From Piromyces finnis finn (Eukaryota; Fungi; Neocallimastigomycota), in the NCBI GenBank assembly GCA_002104945.1, contig MCFH01000025.1, positions 682,001 to 746,000 on the forward strand: a DNA stretch of 64,000 nt, read 5' to 3'. This document shows, piece by piece, positions 28,654 through 39,800 of the stretch (within the stretch, counting starts at the first letter, position 1; every line of letters starts with the position of its first letter). The translations under genes and the position numbers were made by a program. Under the pieces are notes generated by a model, which saw only the letters and a program-made list of their open reading frames with translations, had not been told where the DNA came from and searched no databases.

Positions 28654-29305
28654 CTTGTTGTTTTTGCTTCTTTTTTTTTTTTATTATTATTATTTTATTT
28701 TTTATTTTTGCTTTTATATTTGCTTGTTTGCATAAAGGGTTTTTATTATTATTATTATTATTATTATTAATAGCTATTGTGCTATCTTGTGTATATTTTT
28801 ATGTCTATATATATATAAAACTATTTCTTTTATTTATTAAAAATATTATTATGACATTTGTAACCTTGGTAGTATTTTTGTTGTTGTTGTTGTTGTTGTA
28901 AATGCATAATAATTTTTTAAAAAAAACGAGTTTTTCTTTTTTTTAATTTAATATATATTTTTTAAGAATTTTTTTTTCTTTTTCCTTATTCATTTTCCCT
29001 ATAATATATTATTTGTGTACAATGGTATAAATATATTTTAAAAAACTATTTATTCCATATTTAAAAAAAAATCTCTATCAATCTAATTTAGGGTTCAATT
29101 ATGAAAAGGATAAAGAATTTTCTTTTAAAAAATATAATTAATATATTGTATGTTATATTATTAAAAATTAATATATTATATATTATAAAAGTGTTTAGAA
29201 AAATAATTTAAGTTAAAAATTAGTTAAAAAAAAAAAAAGTGTGATTAAATCGAATTCAAATAAAGAATATAAAAATTATTTTTTGAATGATTTATTGTTT
29301 TTAAC

Positions 29306-30332
29306 TTAACGTGGACCAAAACTAATATTTGAATTGATATGAGTATTTGGAAGAGAAGATGGAAGAGAATGTAAACTAACATTTTCTTCAGATGAAACAC
29401 TTTCATTATTAGTATGAATACTATCAATTTCAGAATCCTTTGGAGTTGGAAGAGCGAAAGCAGCAAAAGCAGCTTGATGGTAAAGTCTAATAGCATTATT
29501 AACAGTATCTAAATAATTTGGTAAATCAACTTGACGTTTTAATTCTAACATTTCAGCTTTTTCTTTAAGTTGAATCTTTAAATCAGCAAACTTTTTTCTT
29601 AAATCATCAAGATGACGTTCAGATTCTTCAATAATTGTTTTATCACTAAGATGTTCCATTGAACCTTCAACTTCATTTTTTAATCTATTTTTAGCATCAG
29701 CACAACATGAAGCATAAGATTGCATTTCAATTCTTACTTGATTGCAATGATTAATAGTTTCTTCAGTATCTTTAATAGCCTTAGTTAAAAATGTAGTTAA
29801 CCATTCTTCATAATTCTTTAATGGAACAATATATTTACTTAATTCTTTGTTATCTTTATTGAAAGAATCACTAAGTCTAATATAACGAATTCTTAAATCA
29901 ATGTCCTTGTCTTTAATAATGAAGAGATTAAATATTATTTAGAGTAAGAAGTTTAAAAAAAAAAATAAATTAATAAAAACTTTTTATTTTCCCAAGATTA
30001 TTATTTATTTTTTATTCTATACCTTCTCTACAACTTTCTTCAGAGAAAAGACTTGTTAAAGCTTGTTCAGCTTCGATAGAAGCAGTCATACTATCAATAA
30101 TTTTTTTAATAGATTTTTGAGAACCTTCAATAAATTTTTTTAAATTTTCAACTTTTTTGGTAGCTTCATCAACTTGACCATCAACCATTGGTGCAACACA
30201 TGTAGTGTTTTGTTTACGACCTAAAGTATTGTTGAAAGTATTTTGAATAGATTCCATAAAAGTTTGGCCTAAAATGGCCATCTTGAAACCAAATTTATTG
30301 TATGATTGTCTCTTTTCAGCTTTATTAGTCAT
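29306..30332 (-). CDS. Arfaptin-homology (AH)/BAR-like coiled-coil protein, 2 exons (30023-30332, 29306-29910)
   Basis: GT-AG junction SCRE-G|AC-KDIDL joins the two ORFs in frame. All-helical ~300 aa protein with D.QVDEATKKVENLKK and KFADLKIQLKEKAEMLELKR, resembling AH/BAR helices. Family assignment is from memory of the motif pattern. Confidence 0.6.
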
Positions 30333-33300
30333 TTTTATTTATCTATTAATAAATATATATTCTATTATTTTCTATTTTACTTAATTATTTAATTCTATTT
30401 TTTAACTAAATATAAAATAGAAATGATAAAGAGTATACAGCATAATATATAAAGAGTAGAACATGAATATCGTTAGTTTTGTTATTTGAAACACTCATTA
30501 ATTTCTTTAAATTTAAATAAGCAAAAAATATATAATATATCCTTTTTTTATTGTTTATATTTATCATTTAAATTAATTCATGTATTATTCTTTTTTGTTT
30601 AATGTATTTTTATTTTATTTGTATGTATTTGCATACTTTTTATCTATTATTCACTCTTAATAAATTTCTTTATTTGTAGATATTGTTTATTTTAAAAAAA
30701 GCTAGCTTTATTGATTTATTTTTTTAAAAAAAATAAAAAAAAAAATACACTAAAATAAAAAAATAAAATATACTTTTACTGTTTTTGAAATTGCTATTTT
30801 ACTATAATAAATGAAAAAGGATAAACAGTGCAATAATAATTAAAATAATAAAAAGTGTTGGTTTTAACCTTTGAATTCTTACTTTTATTAACCCTTTATG
30901 TTTATTTATTATATAATAATAATACTTTTTTTTTTAAAAAAAAAAAGCAAAAAAGTTGACGTCTCTTCCTTTTTATATAATAATTTTTTTAATCTATTTA
31001 ATTTGTTTCACCTCCAAAAATTGTTTAATATTCTTTTTTTTATTATTAAATAAAGTTTAATTTTAATTTAATCAAATGGATATTAAATTTATTTTTAATA
31101 TATTATATCATTTTTCTATTAAAAAAAAAAAAGTAGTTGATTAGGATGTGAGGATGAAAGATTTATAATAAGAAAAAAAAAAGAAAAAGATGAATAAAGA
31201 AAGGTAGAATGAGTGTACTATTAATAAAGAAAAAGAAATAAAATTATAAAAGTAAAATAAATGCATACTAAAAATTTATTTATTGAAAAAAGTCAATTTT
31301 AATACAGAGGGTTAGAATTTCTGTAGCCAAATTTAGCAGGTTTTTTTATGGTGTACCAATAAATAAGAAAGTTTAATTTGTGTAATTTTTGATTTATTCA
31401 CTAAAAAAATTATAAGCCATTTGCTAAATTAAGCTCAGAGCCGTTAACATTACTTCAAAGTTTACCATAATAACAATTAAAATAATTCTCATTATGATAT
31501 TAAATGAAACTTAAGAATATAATATTCTAATATAATGTGTTGTATTATTATTAATTACTTTTTAGACCAGACTTGTACCTTTCTTAAAAATCAAAATTAT
31601 CAAAAAATTGTATGAAGCTATTCTAAAGTCAATTGAATTATAATTGCCCGAATATATTAAAAGATGTAAATAATATAATTAATATATTATAGATAAAAGT
31701 TATATTTAAATACTAGGAATTTAATTTAAAGTTGCAGAAATTATTTAATTAAAATAATTCAATATAAAAACAATATATATTAATATATATTCAATATACT
31801 CCACTCATATATTAAAAAAAAGAAAAAAATTTTTTGAGATAGAAATATTAAAAAATTATTAAATCAAATTTAATTATCTATAATATATATTAGAATATAC
31901 TATAATATATTTCATAATTAATTATATGGAATATTTTACATTAAAAAAAAATTAATGTGTATTATTTTGTTAAAATGAAATAATTTTATTTATTAATATT
32001 TTTTAGTTTTAATATTTTGTGTAACATTTAATTTCTTATTTAAAAATGGTATAACCTAACCAAAAGAAAAATTTTCAACTAGACAGTAAGCTTTTTTTTT
32101 GTAACTCCGCTAGTTCCCTTGTTTTAAAATAGTAATTCTAATAATAGACATAATAACGGCAATGATAATCGCAATATTAAATAATAAAAGCAGTAATAGA
32201 CATAATATATATAAGTAATTGAATTACTAAATAATAAATAAATAATAAATTCTGAAATGGATAAAAAAGAATAAAGCTTAATTATGACATATTTTCTTTT
32301 TTTTTTTTTTTAATTGCTATAATAATAAAATGTATTATTGCTACGTTAATATATATTTATGTTGGGTATATAAAATTCTACTTTTTTCATATTTCTATAG
32401 ATAAATAGATATAATATATATGTTTAATTAACAAATATAAAAATATTATCAATTATTTAAACAATAAATATTAATATTATTGACTTCTATAAAACTGAGC
32501 TAATGTTTTTTTTTTATTAAAGTTTGCATCAATATTATAATATATAATATTTTCATGATTTCTTTCTTCCAATAGAATATTTCTTCATTCTATTAAACCA
32601 TATTTAACGTTACTAAAGAGTATTAAAATAATAATTATTTTTTAAAATATATATAAGAGATAGTATTGAATATTAAATAGTAAATAATAAATTCATTGGT
32701 TTTAGAATAAATATAAATCTATACTTTAATAAAATTACTATTTCTTATGGTAGTCGATTTATTATAAATTCTAATACAAGTTTTCAATTTATAAAATAAA
32801 AGCCATTAAAAAGCTTTAATAGTTATAAAAATATTTTACAAGATATAATTAGGATTATCAAATGTTGATTGCTTTAGATACTTGGATTATCTCCAATGTG
32901 CTTATATGACTAACGAATTTAATATAAAATATGGTAGTGTTAGAAATAAAACAAGAAACTGTATTAATTTATAGGAAAGTGCAAAAAAAGAATGTCAAGC
33001 TCGTCCAAATTAATATATTAATATATGAGTAAATATTTTTTAAAAATATATATTTAAAAATAACTTATTTTTAATATTAATAATTTTTTATGTAGCAGTA
33101 GCATATCATACATCATACTTTATAAATATAAAACTTTTTGCCTGTCTAGTAAAGTCAGCATAAATACCATTTATATATAATATTTTTTTTCTTTTATTTT
33201 TTGTATAAACCGATACTTTTAAAGAACTAGTGCTTGAATGGGAAAAGGAGATAGCTTGACTTCTGTACTAGTTCTTTAGTAATACCAACTTTTGATATAG

Positions 33301-33620
33301 TTTTAGGTTTGTAATAAAAAAAAGTTTTATAAATTTTTGTCTAATAATTCAGGTTTAAAAAATAAAATTCCTAGGCAAAAAATTTTATATTTATAAAGTA
33401 TGATGTATGATATATTACATATAAATATTATTAGTATTAAAAATAAGTTTACAAGATTATTTAGTTAAACAATAAATAGATAGTAGTAATTACCGTAATT
33501 ACAATGTCTTTTTTTAAAAAAAAAAAAATTAATATAGTAAATAATGACAGTTGGATAAATTGATTCCATTAACAGTAATAATAATACATAGTAATAATAA
33601 TAGTAGTCTACAGTATGAAA

Positions 33621-33860
<240 letters not shown>

Positions 33861-34304
33861 TTATTATCATTGAAGTTGTTGGTATTATTATTAAGGCAGT
33901 GCAATTTTTTTTTTTTAAATATTAAAATATTATTAATTAAAGTTTTTTTAATTTTAAATAAAAATTTAAAATAAATACTCTTTTTACTTTTCTTTTTTTT
34001 TATAAAAACAAAAAACAAAAAATAAAAGAAAATAAAGAGAGTATATTTAGTTATTCTTTTTATTATATAATTATATATATATATCACCACTCTATACATT
34101 TTAAATATATAAAAAAAGGTAAAACTAATAAAAAATAATTTTAAAAAATAAAAAGTAATTTCATTCAATTAAATAGTAATAATATTCAAAGAATTTTTTT
34201 TTAAATATTATATATTTAAAATAAAACTAATTTTTAAATTTCATTATTATGTTATTATTATTATGCTAAAAGTATTTTATTTTTATAGTAAATACAATAC
34301 AATA

Positions 34305-35105
34305 ATGGGATATTTACTTGTAAAAAAGCAATTTAAAAAAGATGTTTCAAGATTAATTACTGAAAATCAATTACCTGATAAAGAGGTTTTTTCAGAAAAT
34401 GATTTTTCACATTTACCTTCTATTATACAAAAATATATAATAAATTGTGGGTATATAGGAACGCCAAAGATGTCATATCTTACAATGAAATACAAAAATG
34501 TTGATTTTTCACAAGGTAGGAAAGGACCAAACTTGAAAATTGACTATACTCAATATAATTTTATAAAGGAACCAAGTAGAATGGCATTTATTGATAGTAG
34601 TATGTTTGGTATTCCTTTTGAAGGTTATGATTATTATGAAAACGGAGTTGGTGGTATGAAAGGTGTTATTGCGAAAATAATAACATTATTTAATCAAAAA
34701 GGGGAAGAAATGGATAAAGCTTGCTTAGCAACATTTCTTGCTGAATGTTTCTTCGCTCCAACTATTTTATTACAAGACTATATCGAATTTGAGGAAATAA
34801 ATGACCATCAAGTTCGTGGCACTATCAAATATAAAGAACAAACAGCAAGCGGTATTTTTACTTTTAATGAAAATTTCGAAATGATTTCATTTACAACAAA
34901 AGATAGAGCTGCTACTGGTACTGATGGTAGTATGGAATACATACCATGGTCAGCTCTTTGTAGCGATTATCAAGTAGCAAAGAATGGAATAAAATATCCT
35001 GTAAAATTCCAAGCTGTCTGGAACTATCCTGATGACAATTTTATTTACTTTGATGGTGTTATTCATGACATATCTTATGGATTCGAAAATAAAAATAATA
35101 GCTGA
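34305..35105 (+). CDS. DUF6544-like protein, intronless, bacterial type (probable horizontal transfer)
   Basis: Uninterrupted ORF (track 34263-35105; second ATG at 34305 preferred). Motifs FSHLPSIIQKYI..CGYIG, IDYTQYNF, MFGIPFEGYDYY, GEEMDKACLATFLAE and SGIFTF..N.EMISFTTKDR recall Firmicutes DUF6544 proteins. Confidence 0.75.
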   Translation: MGYLLVKKQFKKDVSRLITENQLPDKEVFSENDFSHLPSIIQKYIINCGYIGTPKMSYLTMKYKNVDFSQGRKGPNLKIDYTQYNFIKEPSRMAFIDSSMFGIPFEGYDYYENGVGGMKGVIAKIITLFNQKGEEMDKACLATFLAECFFAPTILLQDYIEFEEINDHQVRGTIKYKEQTASGIFTFNENFEMISFTTKDRAATGTDGSMEYIPWSALCSDYQVAKNGIKYPVKFQAVWNYPDDNFIYFDGVIHDISYGFENKNNS

Positions 35106-35708
35106 ATACTTTTATATATTAAAAAAATTATAATAATTCTTATATTTAAAAATTAAATAAGAATTAAGCAGTTAATTTCAATAAACTATCAAAAAAATAA
35201 ATAAATAAATTAAAATATTAATACATATTATCTATGAATAATAAATAAATATATTAATAAAGAATTAAATATTATTAACTTACAATTTCCATATCTCCTT
35301 AAATATATATATGGATATTAAGTTACATAAAAGTAAATGTTTTAAATAACAATATATTATTTTATTTAACATAATATCCTATCATCTAATAAATAACTTT
35401 TTCTTTTTTCCCTCTCCAAAACTTATTAATAATATTATACTCTTAAATAATTTTTATTTTAATTTTAAATTTTAATTGTTCAATTTTAATATTATATGTA
35501 GATAGATAAAAACATAACTATATCTATAGTATTTATGCTTAATAAAATTTATAGATTATCATTATCTTTTTATAAAATCTATGGTAAAATAAAATATTAA
35601 TATGCTGTTTTAATCATAACGGTATATTTTATAATTTATTTTTATTTTATTTAATTTTTATCTTTTATATATCATATACCAACACCGATAAAAAAAACAA
35701 AATTAAAA

Positions 35709-35780
35709 TGGAGAGTGAGTGATTCGAACACCCAACCTTCCGCTCTGGAGGCGGACGCGCTACCGTTGCGCCAACCCTCC
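35709..35780 (-). tRNA. tRNA-Trp(CCA)
   Basis: Minus strand GGAGGGTTGGCGCAACGGTAGCGCGTCCGCCTCCAGAGCGGAAGGTTGGGTGTTCGAATCACTCACTCTCCA. Acceptor stem GGAGGGT/ACTCTCC, anticodon stem TCCGC/GCGGA, loop CTCCAGA, TTTT terminator follows. Confidence 0.97.
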
Positions 35781-35792
35781 TTTTTTGATAAT

Positions 35793-36286
35793 TGTAAGAA
35801 ATATTTGTGGCCATAAGTTTGCCCACAAATATTTCAATTGAAACCATATATTCTGGTCACCATTTATTGGCCAAATATATGCATAACCATATATTAATGG
35901 TTATTAATTAAATAGGAAGTTTATTTGCTTTACCCAATCAAGTGGTAAAGAAAATAAACTCATATAGTTAAATAGTATAGTCAAAACCAACGTTAAATAC
36001 TTTAGCGTTAGTATTAAAGTAAATTAATAGCTATAATAATAATTAATGTATATAATTATAACTAATAAATAAAAGATAATAATTATAATAATTATTTAAG
36101 TAAATAATATTTCATATTAATATTTATTGTGTTATATTTATTTTTGTGTTATAATATTTATTTTAGTTCTTTTATTATTTTTTATAAAACTTTATTTAGT
36201 TATTAACTCGTATAGAGAGGTAATAACTAACTTAATTAACTTGTTATATTTAACTTATTAACTAACATATATAAAAACCTTTTACA
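35793..36286 (+). mobile_element. Solo LTR A (same family as element B, opposite orientation)
   Basis: TGTAAG...TTTACA, 494 bp, reverse-complement homologue of the element B LTR with scattered differences. Flanked by 5-bp TSD ATAAT (35788-35792 and 36287-36291). Confidence 0.92.
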
Positions 36287-36808
36287 ATAATTGTAAAAGG
36301 TTTATTATAATATTAGTTAATAGGTTATTAAATTAGTTAATTAAGTTAGTTATTACCTCTCTATACGAGTTAATAACTAAATAAAGTTTTATAAAAAATA
36401 ATAAAAGAAGGAAAATAAATATTATAACACTAAAATAAATATAAACACTTATATAAATATTTTATGAAATAACTTTTACTTAAATAATTATATTTTAATT
36501 ATATCTTTTATTTATTAATTATAATTATCTACATTAATTATTATTATAGTTATTAATTTACTTTAATACTAACGCTAAAGTATTTAACGTTAGTTTTGAC
36601 TATACTATTTAACTATATGAGTTTATTTTCTTTACCACTTGATTGGGTAAAGCAAATAAACTTCCTATTTAATTAATAACCATTAATATATGGTTATGCA
36701 TATATTTGGCCAATAAATGGTGACCAGAATATATGGTTTCAATTGAAATATTTGTGGGCAAACTTATGGCCACAAATATTTCTTACAATGCCCCCCTAAG
36801 GAGAAAAC

Positions 36809-39800
36809 CTAGGTAGGGTTTTGGACACTAACCATGAATTCCTGGTAGCATTTATCTTGAAATTCCTTGAGTAGCTTATCATAGTGGGAGTTCTTGTCAA
36901 TGATATCGGCATCAACCCACTCTTGTCTAAAGTCACTAAAGGTAGCTAAGTATTGGTAGTTATCCTTCTTTCTTCTGGCATTCATGATTTTGATAATTTT
37001 CTGGTAGCCCACTGGTGCAGGTGTTAGTTCTTCAGGTTTGTTATGGTAGGGTTCAAGTTCACTGATATGAAACACAGGGTAGACATTGGGGAAAGGTGAC
37101 TTGCTGATATCTAACCGGTAGTTGAGCTTGCTTTCATCAATTCCAATAACCTTGAAGGGACCGTACTTTCTTGCTTGTAGCTTGTAGAAGGGAAGAGGGT
37201 TGTAATTTTCTGGTTTTCTTAACCACACCAAATCCAGGAGCCTAATTTTAGGGTAGTTAAGTTCTCTTCTATGGTCCAAATGGTCTAAGAACCGTGTTCT
37301 TGATATGTCCAACATGTGCTTTAAGTTACCTAAGTTGTGAGCGAAGCTATCTAATATAGGAGCTTCACCAAGTGAGTGGACAAGTTCTGAGTCTTGAGGG
37401 TTCATATGTACCTGGTAGTTATACAAGGCTAGGAATGGGGACTGCTTAGTAGAACTGTGCACTGCATTATTATAACAGAACTCAGCTAAGTACAAGTACT
37501 TCAACCATTCGTCGTCATCAAAGGTCTTCACAAAGCATCTAAGGTACATACTTACGTAGGAGTTGTTACGTTCTACCTGACCAACTGTTTCATGATGGCC
37601 AGTAGTAGCAAGGTTTACTTCTACGCCAAAGAACCCCATAATGTCCTTCCACAACTTACTAGTGAACTGGACACCACGATCCGTAGTAACCGATTTGGGA
37701 CAACCATGTAACTTGAATACATGTTGTAAGTATGCTAAGGCTGTCTCTTTAGCAGTAGGCATACTCCTAAATCCCACTAAGTGTATCATCTTGGTTAACT
37801 TATCGCTACAAACCATGATACAACCTCTTCTAGTGACTTCTGGGGGTTCTGAGGGACTACTACCTGGTTTTCTACGTTCCTTAATAGGTAGGTCCGTCAG
37901 GAAGTCAATTTCTACTTCTTGCCAAGGTAAGTCTGCAACTTTTACCCTAGCAGCGCTACCGTACGGCTTGTGTCTGTTGTCCTTTTGGGTACAACATATG
38001 GTACAAGCTTTAATATATCCCGCAATGTCATCCTTCATTTTTGGCCAGTAGTAGTTTCTGGCTATCAGGTCATAAGTTTTATCTTTTCCCAGATGACCTG
38101 CTGTTTCACTATCGTGGTTAAGTTTTATGATTGTTTCCCTTAACACCTTTGGTACATATGTACGTTCTGGTGCATCCTTTCTAACAATCAACCCATTAAC
38201 CATCAACCACTTCTTTTTGATGAGCTTGTGGCCTCGTTTTGCGTCAAGACCATCTCTAATTTCCCTAGCAAGCTCATCCGTGTTGTAAGCTTGTTTCAGT
38301 TCTCCCACAAAGCTTACTTCTAACACCGCATAGCACTCTTCTTCCACAGGTGGAAATTCTTTTACCTGTTCAGGTCGAAGGAGGCTAGCCTTTTCCATCT
38401 CCAGTTGTACCTGTTCTGGAGATACCATTCTTGATAGGATATCGGCTCTACCATTCATTTTCCCTGGCCGATATATTATTTCGAAGTTGTATGCAGCAAA
38501 CAGCTCTTGCCATCTTGCCTGTCTTGCTGTCAACAACTGTGGTTTTGTGGCGAACAGGAGATTCCTATGGTCACTATATACTAGGACCTTATGTTTCGCA
38601 CCCATTAACAGGTGTCGCCACTCGATGAAAGCATTCCTAATAGCCAACAACTCCTTTTCCGTGATGGAGTAGTTGATTTCTGCTTTCGTAAGCTTCTTGG
38701 AATAGTAATACACAGGGTGTAATTCGTTGTCATCGCCTAGTTGTGATAATACACCACCCACTGCGTAGTTACTAGCGTCGCACTCCACTATAAACTGACG
38801 GTCATGGTCAGGATATGCTAATACTGGTGGAGACAACAGCATTTCTTTTAACTTCTCGAACGCCTGGATGCGTTCTTCATTCCACAGGAACTGTACCTTT
38901 TTGGACGTCATAGCATATAACGGCCTTGCTATCTTAGAGAAGTCCTTTATAAACTTCCTATAATAGTTGCAGAATCCAAGGAATGACTGTAGTTCTTTAA
39001 TGTTGGTTGGTTGTGGCCAACTTGCTACAGCTTTTAACTTTTCTGGGTCGGTTTTAATACCATATTTTCCAACTACATGACCCAGGAATGCAAGTTCTTC
39101 CTTGTGGAACTCACACTTCGCCAACTTAGCTACTAGACGATTATCTATTAGCTTTTGTAGGACTCTTTTTACATGCCCTACATGCTCTTCAAGTGACTTG
39201 GAGTAGATGATGATATCATCCAAGTACACTTGACAGCAATCATTGATTTCCTCTGCCAGCACCGTATTAATGAACCCTTGGAACGTGGCAGGAGCATTAG
39301 TCAACCCAAATGGCATCACTAGATATTCATAATGCCCAAACTTGGTTGAGAATGCCGTCTTGTATTCATCACCTTCACGAATACGCACGAGGTTGTAGGC
39401 AGACTTCAAATCCAACTTGGAGAAGATAGTCGCGCCTTTCATAGCCTCAAACACTTGACTGATGAGTGGTAAGGGGAAGGAGTTACGCACTGTTACCTTA
39501 TTAAGACGCCTATAATCAGTACATAATCGTCTTTCACCACTCTTTTTGGGCACGAATAACACAGGATAACCTGCAGGACTTTCTGACTTCCTGATGAAGC
39601 CCTTTGCCAGGTTTTCCTCTATATATTCCTTCAGTGCTTTTTCCTCTTCTGGATTGAAGGGATATATAGGCCCTTTATGAAGACTAGCATCCGGCTCCAG
39701 GTCGATCTTACAGTCGTAAGGACGGTGTTCTGGTAGCTGGTTAGCTATTTCTTCATTAAATGCTTCTTTGAAATTGTGGTAGTACTTCTCCACGATTTCT

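Noticed and set aside
33221-33277. 11-bp inverted repeat AAAGAACTAGT/ACTAGTTCTTT with a 35-nt loop
   Set aside because: No snoRNA boxes, snRNA motifs or second copy; plausible by chance.
35709-35780. Idea that this tRNA-Trp is a UGA suppressor serving the LINE's in-frame stop
   Set aside because: The anticodon is CCA with a normal 5-bp anticodon stem; no suppressor features are seen.
35665-35847. ORF MVSIEIFVGKLMAT... (also 43137-43322) and duplicated ORFs 49660-49878/55925-56143
   Set aside because: Chance frames within LTR sequence, duplicated because the LTRs are duplicated; the first runs through the tRNA gene.
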